Assembly: GCA_951406725.2 (NCBI GenBank)
Contig: OX597823.1
Span: 43,276,001 to 43,340,000 of the forward strand
Direction: 5' to 3'
Length of the DNA: 64,000 nt
Source: Octopus vulgaris
Lineage: Eukaryota
Below the pieces are notes generated by a model. The model was given only the letters and a program-made list of their open reading frames with translations, was not told where the DNA came from and ran no database searches. This document shows positions 51,351-64,000 of this stretch, one piece after another (the first letter of the stretch is position 1; every line of letters begins with the position of its first letter). The translations under genes were made by a program, and so were the position numbers.

Positions 51351-53689
51351 CATACAAACAAACGTTTATACATATATACCACAGAAAGGAACGCAGGAAG
51401 AAACAAGGAGAGAAAATAAAGAATGTGTAGTGGCTAACGATCTATCATGGCGAATGCCGGACAGAGGGGTCACACAGGAGAGCTAGGAAGAAGGGGAGAT
51501 AATAAAGTAGTGGTGTTCCCAAAATGAATGTGCGCGTGCGTATCTATAAGAGAGTATTATATGCGTGGGCAGTACTAGTGTGTGCGTGGTGCATACACAC
51601 ATATTTAATTGATTTTTGCTTTTGTAATTATACTATCATTAGATTCAAAATTCTAAAATTACTAAAAATACTAAGTCTATTATCTCTCTGTGATCTCATA
51701 CTTTAGAGGCAATTGAGTACTCCACTTTTCATAAAACTCCTAATGTAACTTACACTGAGAATAAAATGGTTATGTGTCATTCCCAGATGATCTAGTCTCA
51801 GATTTTATTGAGGAGCTCGGGAGATTGCCTCCGATAAGTTATAAAGCACGCAGAAGTTTAACAGTATTTACCATCTGAAGTGTTTATTTTGTATTTCTTT
51901 TATCATGTTTTCCATATTTCCATTTATGTGCTTCGTCTTTTTTTTTTGCTACATTTACGTGTTTCTGATTGTTTGTTTTTATTATTATTTTGTGTATCTG
52001 GTTTTTAATTTAATCTGTCTTAAAATATTGCATTGTAAATTAAGTGGAGAAAAAATGTCGGAACTATAATTGCTTTGCGACATTTATTCCGGCTCTTTAC
52101 ATTCAGAATTCAAATACCGCAGAACTCAACATTGATTTTCATCCTTTGGGTTCAATAAAATAAAGTAACAGTTAAGTACTGAGCTTCATGGGATCGGCAA
52201 AACCCCTCCTCCAAAACTGCAGACTTCGCAACTAAATTATAAAACATTTTGTATTAAATATTTTTAGCACAAACTGCTTTCATAGAAAATTAAGTAAGAT
52301 TTAATGTAGTGAGAAAACATTTTGTCATGTCGGTGACTAGTTATGTGAACGTGTTTAGCGTGCCATGAAAGCAGAATCAATAAGAAATAACAAAAGAATT
52401 GCATTAGAAAGCAAATAGCCCGATTTCAAGCCAGTTTTGAAGAGCAAATGTAAAAAGACAACATAATGTGTAATAAGCTGAAAATTCACACGTCAATTTC
52501 GTTGACAAAATATTATTCGCGTTGTCAGAACTAAGGAGTATGTTCGTGGACACTAGCAATCGGAAGTGGGACGATGGTCTTTCAGCACATGTTTTTCACG
52601 GACCATGATAGATATAAGCTACTTGGTTCCATAAAGTTTTCTACCACCATTGTGTCCATTTGTTTGGTGACGCCTTGGGCCTGGAGACAATTGGATTTAG
52701 CACCAAGAGATGGACGGTGAAGAATACGAGAAAACTAAAATAAGCAGCTTAACCTCTGACAAGCTTTAAGTGAATGTGCAAAAGGTAAATCGACTAATTT
52801 GCATGCGCTGCCCTCCGAGCTTTCTGCCTACATGCCAGATTTATCGACCCTACTGTTGGCAGTAGTCTACCGTACCTGGAAAGATTACCATCTGTGTAAA
52901 CAAGCGATAGAGTGTACATACATGGAAGGAGGCGTAAAAGAACGAATTTCTCGACAAGTTATGGCCCATAAGTCTGTAAAATGCAGAGTTTTAATTTTTG
53001 TAGATATATTCGTAGACAGGACAGAGCTTGAAAATGCTTCTCAGTGCCACCAATTTCAGACCTGTTTTCAATGCCTATATCATTGCGATAAATTTACATT
53101 AAGTATGAAAGGCAGCCAGCTATCTTAATCTAATATTGCTTTTGTTACATATCACGGATCCGTATGAATGTGCATATACGCAGTACTCATACTGTAGTGC
53201 AACTTATCAGAACAGTCACGAATAACAATCTCAATCTGTCACGTGTTTCACCTTCCATTCTTTATGTAGATTTGGGTGTTTGGACCATCGCTAAGAAAGC
53301 TAGAAGTATCAGGAATGTCACGCTAAATATTCCTAACATGATCTAAGTTACGTTACATATAACACTAAGAAATATTACTGCTGTAAGTTTGCCTTTTGCG
53401 ATGTATTTACGTTAAGTATGATACACAGATTGCTACTTTAATCTAATATTGCTTCTCTTACAGATAATGGAGCTGTATGAATGTGTGTTTGTGGTGTCAG
53501 CGTGTGTGTGTATGTGTATGAGTATGTGTACGTGTTTGTGTTTGTGCTAAATGAATATACGTATATATATATATCACGATTTTAAGCACGCTCGTATGGC
53601 ACATTACAATCTGTATTGCAAATTAGGCCCTTATGGCCAAAAAGATTTATTACTTCGATTACATAGCGCTGTCATTATTATTATTATTA

Positions 53690-53869
<180 letters not shown>

Positions 53870-54029
53870 TTGACGTTTTATTGTTGCTAACTATTTCTAT
53901 TAAAGTTTTGACCGGAAAGAAAGGTTAAATCATCAAAAACATATATATATACATACATACATATATATATATGGCTTATAAACACCTTCCACGCTGCAAT
54001 TGTTTTCGTATATATATATATATATATAT

Positions 54030-54240
54030 ATAAAGTTAATCTAAACAAGAAAACACAAAAAAACACAACAACGCGAGGACGTGGAACAAATATAGTATTA
54101 TTGGACGCTAAGGAAAGAAGGAAAGAAGAGGGTTTAACGTTTCGAGCGGAGCTCTTCGTCGGAAACATAGAAGGAAAGATCCAGAGAAGGGAAGACAGAG
54201 GAAAAAAAATCGCCAACAGTACACACGAGGTCACATTTTG
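54030..54240 (-). mobile_element. Solo Penelope-type pLTR in (TA)n with a variant hammerhead at 54132-54166
   Basis: Minus strand GUUU-CCGACGA-A-GAGC-UCC-GCUC-GAAAC-GUU-AAAC. Confidence 0.65.
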
Positions 54241-54278
54241 TATATATATATATGCATATATATTTTTTATATATATAT

Positions 54279-54337
<59 letters not shown>

Positions 54338-54716
54338 CCTATAAGTATGATATGTATGCGTATTTGTGTGTGTGTGTGTTTATGTTGGGGGCAGTGGTGA
54401 GTGTTAAGAAACAAAGAACCGATAAGTGAAATCATGTCTATTCTTTCTTAAGAAAATCTTGTCATCCTCACTATAATCATCAGACTCTATACCTCAGATT
54501 TCTGCGATAGTAAATAGGCACGAGATGTCGACTAAAGAAAAATATCCTAAAATATAGTCATGTGAAGTGATGAAAGCAGGACTATACATGATAACAAGGT
54601 TGCTACTTAATCATATTTTCTATCTGTACTCAAACACACTTGCCAGTTAGCTCTGTCATATCTAACTAGTCAGACAGACAGACATACATACAGACAGACC
54701 GACAGATAGATGGATG

Positions 54717-54807
<91 letters not shown>

Positions 54808-54978
54808 GGATAGATAGATTGATACATATATAGAGAGATAGAGAGATACATTAAATTATAGATAGACTGCTTGATAGCTATCTATCTGGTTTTCTCTATA
54901 TATATATATATGTATATATATATAGAGAGATGGATACATAGATATAGATATAGAGAGGTCGATAGAAAGGACACTGGC

Positions 54979-55081
<103 letters not shown>

Positions 55082-55185
55082 ACAGACAGTCAGACAGATG
55101 CCTATACAGTTTTATGTTTGTTATTGCTTATTTACGTATTTATTTATTTATCTATATATTTATTTACCTATTTATTTCATTTCAG

Positions 55186-55340
55186 CAAGAACATTTCCAA
55201 AGAAATTGTCGCGGAAACAGTTTGGCTAGGGTACAAAGCATAAAAATTGAATTGACAGGTGAAAGCGTAGAATCTGTCGCCTCGAAAGATTGTTCCGACG
55301 AGCTAATATATATGAACTCAATTTCAACTTTACATCAATC
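55186..55340 (+). CDS. Candidate coding exon QEHFQRNCRGNSLARVQSIKIELTGESVESVASKDCSDELIYMNSISTLHQ(S)
   Basis: Acceptor tatttatttcatttcag|, donor CAATC|GTAAGC, 155 nt open in phase 0; no family recognised. Confidence 0.3.
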
Positions 55341-55401
55341 GTAAGCTGAGAAGAAAGGGACGCTTTGTCCAATATTCTGTTGTGTTACTTTGGTGAATGT
55401 A

Positions 55402-55498
<97 letters not shown>

Positions 55499-55862
55499 CT
55501 TTTCTAAACCATATATACTTAGAATTCAATAATATCATCATTTGATGGTAGATTGTTGAGTGTAATCTGTATGTGGTGTATTAAGGTAGGGAGCGAGGGT
55601 GAAGGCCAAATGTCTCCAAGCAGACACAAATAAAATTTAAGTAGTTTGATCTCCGGATTTGAAAGGAGAGAAAAATAAATACTCTTTCCAAAGAAGATAA
55701 TATATTACTTTTTTATGTGGATTTTTTTATATGGATTGCTGACTGTATACAGCTACACATGCGCAAACAGCAATACACAACACGTTGAACGAAACATTGA
55801 AACATAACTGGGTGCACATAATTTCACATACATACATTCACAAACACACTCACACGTGTATC

Positions 55863-55921
<59 letters not shown>

Positions 55922-55995
55922 GTTTATTTATTTATTTATTTATATTATGTATATATATACACACATATATATACTATGTATATATAATACTAATA

Positions 55996-56054
<59 letters not shown>

Positions 56055-56058
<4 letters not shown>

Positions 56059-56614
56059 GCCCTGATGCAGTACCAGGCAATGGCTCTCATGGCTTCTGAT
56101 CTTAACTGATTGGAAGTGTTATCATGTACGTTGTTTTGTCTTGGTATAAAAGATGGGCTACAGCACATATTCTGCTCAATACCACAGATTCGCTTGTCAG
56201 TTGTTTGACCTTAACCAGTTGAGCATGTCCCTTAGTGGCTGACGATATGTGCATCTCTGATCACGAGCAGAAGTAGTGGGGGAGCATCATAGCCATGTGT
56301 TGAGAGGGATTCTTTGGGGTTTGAATAATTCACCTTTGGAAACATAGGTGGTTCTTTCAACATCCTTAAACAACCCTTATTCAGCGACCTTTTGAGCGGG
56401 ATGGGCTACTCAACCTGAAGAAAAGTCTAACTGGGCCCCATCTGCAAGGTCATGTGTTGTTTATGTTGATATGAGATCACCATGTCGCGCACATATAGTT
56501 GTGATGCATGTGCCTGGTATACCCTTATCAGACGGGTAATCATGATGGGTATATTGGGCTTCGTATATTTTACCCCAGTGTCACTTTGATGGCATGAACT
56601 GCTCTCTCACTCAA
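56055..56614 (+). repeat. ~560-bp interspersed repeat flanked on both sides by (AAT)n
   Basis: Second copy at 41974-42534 (-). Confidence 0.8.
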
Positions 56615-56639
56615 TAATAATAATAATAATAACGATATT

Positions 56640-56922
56640 TTTATAAGCTTAAAGCATATAAGAGATCACTGTATATTGACTAAAGAAAGTAGTCTAATAT
56701 TGGGGCATATAAGCCCTCGACAGAAAAAAGTAGGTTTCCAGCACGGGTGTAACTCAAAACCGCGCCTCTGTGTACGTTGGTGTAATATTGCTACACTTGT
56801 CGCGAAGGTACAGATGTGTGAGTTCGAGTCCCACGCGTACTGGAAACCCACTTTTTCCGTTGAAGGCTTATAGATACCAACAACAGACTATTTTCTGTAG
56901 TCAAAAGTTTTAAGCTTATAAA
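56640..56922. repeat. ~280-bp fold-back with a Pol III B-box in one arm
   Basis: Arms ~56640-56772 and ~56810-56922 are complementary; GAGTTCGAGTCC at 56820-56831. Confidence 0.75.
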
Positions 56923-56923
56923 C

Positions 56924-56999
<76 letters not shown>

Positions 57000-57029
57000 T
57001 TCATCATCATCATCATCATCATCATCATT

Positions 57030-58250
57030 ATTATTTCTTCGTAACACAGTGTAGGTAAAAATGCACCGGAGTCTTTAGTCATTAGACAGGTAATACTTTC
57101 TTTAAGATGTGCGCTGTGCCCAATAAGGCTGCTTTTTGTAAGACATTGATTTTGTATGGGATTTCTAGTTGCCTTAAGAAGTCTTGATCACCCCTGGTAT
57201 CACTTTTACATTACCCTCTCGATTTCTATAAAGTCTTGCCATTTCCATTTTCAATTCGGAGTACTTGGTGACATTTTCAACCTCTTTACTCACAACGTTC
57301 ATGTCATTTGGTACGGCTACATCAATAATCTGACAGTATTTCTCAATATGACAATATCCGCCGACGGTGTTCGATTATTCGATCCGTCTGAAAATCATAG
57401 TACCAGAGTATCCTTACTTTTCCTTCCTTCTCTATAGCGTTACTTCGTACATGCTCATACCAGTTCTCTGTTACATCATACTGGTATTTACGGAATAAGA
57501 GCTTGTATTCTTTTTGTGCAAGGCACTCATATCCACTTACCAAATGAGTCACATTTTCCGTACTTTTTCCACAGTCAGCATTTCTGGATGTCAGAGGTTT
57601 TATAGCAGTTATACTTCACTGAATTGGTAGTGGGAGCCTAGTCTTCTACAGCAATGATCAGGCTTTCGCTGCTACGCTTCAAATCACCCCGCTCAAGCCA
57701 TGCGCACGATGCTGTATTATCCTTAAAGTCTTGTGTTTTCCTTTCAAACTGTCCATGCATTCTCATTTCTAGAAGGTCTTCTTTTCTCTTCTCCTCAGCT
57801 CTTTGGATAAATTCTTCTTTGCCTATCATTTCATCTGCATTTACACCAACATCTTTCGCAGCATATTGCAGGAGGTCTTCATCACTATTTATCAAATACT
57901 CTGCAAGCATTCTCCTTTCTCTCTTTATACAATGGTCTATTCTAATTAACCCTTTTCTACCATTCTTTCTTTTCATATGCAGTCTATTTACGTTTGCTTT
58001 AGAGTGTAGCGCCCCATCCAGCGTAATGAACTTTCTCGTCCTTCTATTCAGTGTTGATATTTCCTCCTTATTCCATCTGAGGATGGACGCACTATATCTA
58101 ACCACCGCAACTGCCCAGATATTCATTGCGGTAATCAAATTTTTGGCATTCAGGTTGGATTTCAACACCATCTTCACCCTTTTATGATACGCCTCACTGA
58201 CCTTGACTTTCATTTCTTTGTTTAGAATGTCACCCTGCTCCAGAATCACT
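57030..58250 (-). mobile_element. 5'-truncated Dong/R4-clade LINE (RT thumb, CCHC knuckle, REL endonuclease)
   Basis: 203-aa ORF ...NLITAMNIWAVAVVRYSASILRW...RLHMKRKNGRKGL...MHGQF...WLERGDLKRSSESLIIA; CGKSTENVTHLVSG; DFQTDRIIEHRR; LQKAALLGTAHILKKVL*; 3' end abuts (TGA)n(TAA)n. Confidence 0.92.
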
Positions 58251-58627
58251 AAATCCTTTCACTGAAAGGTATATGTACGTGTATATGAAATGGATGTCTG
58301 TCTGTGTGCGTGCGTGTACGTGTGTGTGTGTGAGAGAGAGAGAGAGAGACAGGGAGAAAGAGAGAGAGAGAAAGAGAAAGAGAGAGGGAGGTAGAATGAG
58401 TGAGTGAAGGTGTGTGTCGTGATGATTGATCTCTTTTAAGGTACACATATATAGGAAAACTGTGATGTCATAGTCGTTATCGTATAAAATGTTTACGATA
58501 GTTGATTTACGGAAAAGATTATAATGTTAAATTTTTTAAATGCAAATATGTGAATGGAAATTAAGTTTTAGTGAACCAAATCCTTGTGAGTGGATTTGAT
58601 AGACGGAACCTGAAAGAAGCCCGCCGT

Positions 58628-58693
<66 letters not shown>

Positions 58694-58868
58694 ATGGATG
58701 CGTGTATTTTTCATTTGTTTACAATTAACACGGAAAAAATAGATAAACAGTTACCAGGGCAGCAAAAAATCGAACAAGTATTAAGGTGGTAACACCCTTT
58801 TGGAAAGGTAGAACCTCCGGGCTGATGTGAAATATTTTGTATAATATATATAAATAAATAAATGGAGT

Positions 58869-59009
58869 TAAACGCAGGTGTTATTCAAATTCTTTTACTT
58901 CCGACATAGGTTTCGAAAACAAAATTGGTATTATTCCAAAAGAATAATACCAATGTTGTCTTCGAAACATATATAAGAAGTAGAATAATTTGAATAACAC
59001 CTGCGTTTA
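58869..59009. repeat. ~140-bp near-palindromic hairpin at the end of a pLTR-like repeat
   Basis: taaacgcaggtgttattcaaatt...ttggtattattc / gaataataccaa...aatttgaataacacctgcgttta with a ~5-nt loop. Confidence 0.85.
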
Positions 59010-59013
59010 TATA

Positions 59014-59048
<35 letters not shown>

Positions 59049-59049
59049 C

Positions 59050-59350
59050 TCAAAAAGAGACCGATAGATTAGTACTAGGCTTACAAAGAATATTTCCTGT
59101 GGTTGAATTGTTCGACTAAAGGCAGTGCTCCAGCATGGCCGCAGTCAAATAACTGAAATAAGTAAAATAATAAAATAATGTATATCTATATATATATGTA
59201 TATATGTTCCAACATTTAACACTATAGTCTTTGGTAGGCCCGAAGCTATACTAAGAGACACTTGCTCATGTTGGCACGCTTGTGGGGGCTGGACTCGGAG
59301 CCATGTGTTTGGGGAGCAAGCTTCTTACCACACAGCAACGCCTGCACCTA
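59050..59350. mobile_element. SINE tail (+, ~59050-59170) and SINE head (-, ~59215-59350)
   Basis: gtgctccagcatggccgcagtcaaataactgaaa; cttcttaccacacagcaacgcctgcacc. Confidence 0.7.
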
Positions 59351-59386
59351 TACATATAGGAAAAACATAGTAGCAACATCAGTGTT

Positions 59387-59920
59387 GCTATAATTTCTAC
59401 AGAGTATCTGTAGAGATACGATAACCTTAACAAAAAATGTAACAGCGCACTGCTAACGCTGTAAAACGCGGTATAACAACGTTTAATATACTTTATAGTA
59501 TATTATTGTTGCATAACGAAATATCACAAGTCATTTGTATTTACGTACCAGCTTCCAGGAATGCGTATAGTATGTATATTTGTTTATTCAGTAACAATAT
59601 ACTATATATAGTGGCTATTTAGGCAATGTGTTCGAGGATGATTAATGGGTTAGATGGTTGCTGATGAAGGGGTAACAAAGCATATATGGCATATACAAAC
59701 ATTACCCATTTTTCATCTTCGATTTCATTGTTTGTTTACATCTGACGTCTCGTATACGAAACGTTGGAGAAAATCAATGTTGGCTAAAATTTCTACAGGT
59801 TATCTGTAATGATGACCTTAATATAAAAGTGCACTTCTAACGCCGGTGAACGCGGTATTGACTTATAAAAAACGTTTAATATACTTTATAGTATACTACT
59901 GTTGCGTAACGAAATATCAC
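59387..59920 (+). repeat. Diverged ~140-bp direct duplication
   Basis: Copies at ~59387-59528 and ~59783-59920 (shared aacgtttaatatactttatagtata...aacgaaatatcac). Confidence 0.8.
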
Positions 59921-61314
59921 GTGCCTAAATGTTATTAGTAAATTATGATCAAAATGAATATTTCTCTGTACAAATAAATTCTGGCGCCAAGTTTTGAGTA
60001 CCTCGTTTTCAAAGTTGTGCAAACTATTCTGGTCAATTCTTTTTCGTGCATTTTCTATCTTATGTTTCCCCGAAACAAAAATGCGTAAAAATAAGTACAA
60101 TAAATGGAGGCAAAATATTTGGGATGCCCACTCGTTATTCACCTCAAAACAGTAAGATTGCTATTCGTTAATACATTAGCAAAACTAACGTATTCTGAGG
60201 GACGAAAGACGCTAAATTAGCTTGTTTTACTGGCTTAAGTCTGTCATGAGCCTTTGGACTGATAAACTCAGAGATTAACTTGGTTTCAGTGCTATATAAG
60301 TAAGAATACAACAGCCACCTCTACTAAACTGGAAGCTAGGTAATTGAAGGGTTAACGTCCTCGCTATTACTGGAACTAGTTTACAAATGAGTGGACTGAA
60401 ACAATCTGAAATAAGACCTTTTGCTCAAAAACGTGACGCACCATCCGGTCCGGAAATCGAAATTACGATTTTACGATCGTATATCCAACACTCTCACCTC
60501 TAGATAACTCATCTTCACTTTATCTTTTTCCTCAAAAATATTTAGTAAAATATAAGATGGATGATAGTAAAATATAATGATTGAGAATATCAAATTTTAA
60601 TGAAATGACCGTGAATGATAGTTCAACTTCTAGAATAACTCACTGTAACAACGATAATTTAACGGCATTATTATTAAGTTTCTTCATCAACATCGCCAAC
60701 AACTTTCAAAGAATAACCATAACAATCGCAACATTATTGCAGCAAAAGCAATGTTTCACTTTAACTGTTTTTGCAAGTACTACCATCAGCATCACCATAA
60801 TTATCACCATTTATTGTCTTTATTCTTGCATGAAAACCGCCACATTTATCTTAAATAACATTAACATTACTACCATCATGATGACGATGCATATGTCATG
60901 ACACTTGTTATCAGTTAATTATTGATGCACAAATTATCTGCATTTAATTAGTGATGCTTATGATTAATAATCTAAAAAGTACAATAAAGAATATTTAATA
61001 AAAAGCAATACACATTTTAAACATTTCGTTGTCAAACATAATCGAATACACTATGAAACGAGACCAGTTTCATCTCAAAGTGAAGCCTTTATTAAGCAAC
61101 TTACACGCTGTTGCCAATGCCGTCTGAGAGATATATAGTAAGTAGCTGTTTAGAGTGGTTACTCTATATTATATTCTTGCTAAATGATTTGCGTAACGCT
61201 GCTAGAAGTATTAAGTCAATGCAGCCATATCTCTATTATTGTTCTATCATGTAATAATCGTTTTTAACGGTGGATCTTCATTTAGATGAAGTTATGAATA
61301 ACCACTTATAGACT

Positions 61315-61793
61315 TTTTTCTGGGATTAAAATGTAGTAACATAGTTCTTTATAGAACAGCCATATCATAGTGGCAAAAAAGCGTTACCGTCTAGTATTGT
61401 TACTACATTTAGAGATTTTAGAACTAGCTATTTTACTAGTTACGTGATCAGCGGCTGTGTACCGCTTCCCTATTTATATATTGTGAGTAGGGACGCTTGA
61501 CTGCCATCTTTAGCAGGAACGTGTCCAGTACCAATGAAGGGTAAATATCCAGAAACCATTGTCTACTGGTCTTCTAAAGCTAGAGCGGGGTGATTCGCTC
61601 TCTTTCCTACAATATTTTGGACACAGGTTGTGTGTCAGTAACCAACTGGAAAAGACGTTTTCTTGGGGCTAAAATGTAGTAACATAGTTCTTTATAGAAT
61701 ATCCATGTTATAGTGACAAAAAACGCTACTGTCTAGTATTGCTACTACTTATATCTCATTTAGAGATTTTAGAACTAGCTATGTTACTCGTTA
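61315..61793 (+). repeat. ~130-bp direct duplication with an internal inverted repeat
   Basis: Copies at ~61315-61442 and ~61658-61793; aaatgtagtaaca...tgttactacattt in copy 1. Confidence 0.82.
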
Positions 61794-64000
61794 GAATACA
61801 AAACTTTTTCCTGGAAAATGTCGAAGGTTGCACGTAGATGGAGAAAATGCAAAGTGTTACTTTGATATAATTGTAAGATGCCTGTCATATTCATACATAT
61901 AGGTTCGTGCCCAACAAGCAGCCTTTGACCTTTCTCTCTAAGTTGTTTTAACCCAATATACAACATGCTTATTACCTATAAACTTTTCCAAGTCGAGTTT
62001 AACTGTTAAAAACGATATATTTATTATCTCTAGAAGTTTCTATTTTTCATATGATGTAAACAATGTATATTTCTTCCTAGTAAGAACAAACTTTCTAAAA
62101 TGGATGAAAAAAATTTGAAGGGTTGCTTTGATATAAGGGTAGCACATCTGTCATGTTTACAGAAGTGAGTTACTGTCTTACGGACAGCCTCTAGCCTTAT
62201 TTCTATCCAAGAGGTTTTTTAAGCTAATGTTCTGAATGCTAATAATTATAGCATTATCTGCTTTGTGTGCCCACCTTCCAAAGCCATTTATTTCATATCA
62301 CTCGCTGTTTCGAAAATTTCTATGACGTAAATACCATAATAGTCATATCTGCCGCAAGTATCATAAGTGATCTGTCACTTTTACTAATTCTGCTGCTTTA
62401 TCAACTAATCCTCTTACTACCACCAATACCTTGATTACAGCTGGTATTACCGACGCTATTACCATTACTGTTACAACTGTAATCTCAACTGTATCTGTCA
62501 ATAACAGCTGCCAATTATAACACAATATCGACAACAACAAATGCTACTACTATCAGCAGTTTACACGGGGTTATATTTAGTATAACTTTGACGGTTTATC
62601 ATCAACATCCGATTGGTTAACTCTTTATATTTCAGACGAAATTTAACAAGGCTGGAGAGTAAATTCGATAAAGATTAAGTTTGTTGCATTGATTCAACAA
62701 TAAAACAAGTCACCGCAGGCAAAATTAAGTTTAGGAAAAATATTTTCCTTTATTTCCTATTAAATTTAGATTTTGGTTTAATTATATTTTATTCTTTAAC
62801 GTAAATGTCAAGGAACATAGTTCAACAAGTAAATTTCATCAGAGTTGATTTGGTCTGTTTTTATGATGCTTTTCTTTTTCCAAATGATTTTCAAACTGTT
62901 TTTCCTTTTTCCCTATCACATACATTTTTCGAGATACGAGTTTTGATTTAATTTTATGTTGTTTACCTTCCTTATAATTCAAATTTTGTTTTACACTTTT
63001 ATCTTTAAATTTGCTAATGTTTTGACTCCTGAGGAGGTAACCAAGAAAGCCATGGTACACCATTACGACTGTACGGCACTTTCAAGTTGTTTAAAGAAGA
63101 TTAACCCCTCGCAGAGTTTTGACGCGTTTTGACGTGTTATTTTTCATTTTGAAAGCATTAAAGGGGTTTCTTCAAAAGACGTAAACTATTTATTTAAACT
63201 TAAGTACATAAACTTGTGTCACGTTATATAACACACTGTGTTCTTATTCCTATCAAGATGGAGTCAAAACTACTGCAGATGAAACATATATTGTTGAAGC
63301 TGCAATTGGCGAATGTACTTGATTTTTTATAGATTCCGTGTATGAATCAGAGAGGTTAGGTTCATTATTTTTCATTTGCTATAAGAAAACGTGAGCGATC
63401 TTACGAAGTCTTTAGAAAATTATTAAAAATAAAAAAATAAAAACAGAATTCATCGCCTCTCTCTTGGTAGAAAGGTACTACTCGATTAACGAAAATGTAA
63501 CATTGAAATGTTTATATTTCTAAGTGGTGGCTCGTGAAATTACTGAAATTTTTGCTCAGTTTATATGAAACGCAGCTTGCAAGTGAATGGTAACTTCATA
63601 TTAATTGATGGAAATGTATGACAATCTATCCTCGTAGCCCTTTAAGTGCATTTAAAGAATCTTATGTTAATGAGGATACGTCTTTATATCAGTTCAAAAC
63701 AAGTGTCACCAACGATACCTTTGTGAAAATATTCAAGTAATTAATATTTCGATAGGCAAACAAAGACAGTCACCAAACAATGCTGTTTTCTGTCTATAGG
63801 ACATAACACAATTATAGAGCGTGTCTGTCTCATAAACAACATTTACTCAAAGAAAATATCTTAACCACTTCTTCAAGATAAGCTCCGTTCAATGTAGACA
63901 TTTGTTACTGTCACGAGAAAAATAAAAAATGACACGATTTGAATTTCCCTTATTAATATTTCTAAACTTAATTGCTGTCAAAAATTAAAGAGAGTGCTTT

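Noticed and set aside
52922-52973. Alternative minus start exon MGHNLSRNSFFYASFH for the LAMP-like gene
   Set aside because: Phase-compatible but 46 kb away and not distinguishable from the 16690 candidate without transcripts.
57654-58187. 177-aa plus ORF
   Set aside because: Antisense shadow of the Dong/R4 LINE ORF.

Overview
AT-rich, microsatellite-saturated animal DNA, mostly intronic or intergenic. The repeat landscape matches what I recall for an octopod cephalopod (Octopus sp.): tRNA-Arg-headed CORE SINEs, Nin/Deu-domain SINEs, Dong/R4, CR1, RTE, Penelope, Gypsy, mariner, maT and Helitron relics. Almost all ORFs in the track are microsatellite artefacts. The best host-gene candidate is a minus-strand exon (6219-6574) encoding a His-rich segment followed by a LAMP-like motif, with possible partner exons at 36-100 and 16690-16701. 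A weaker chain of plus-strand exon candidates lies at 50.7-63.4 kb. The most striking signal is RNA-structural. At least seven minimal type-I hammerhead-ribozyme-like motifs from three repeat families are present, mostly as inverted pairs. One lies just downstream of a tRNA-like head inside a Penelope 3' end, and one has a MITE inserted at its cleavage site. Several 140-600 bp fold-back structures also occur. All calls were made by eye with no database searches, and coordinates of degenerate repeats are approximate.
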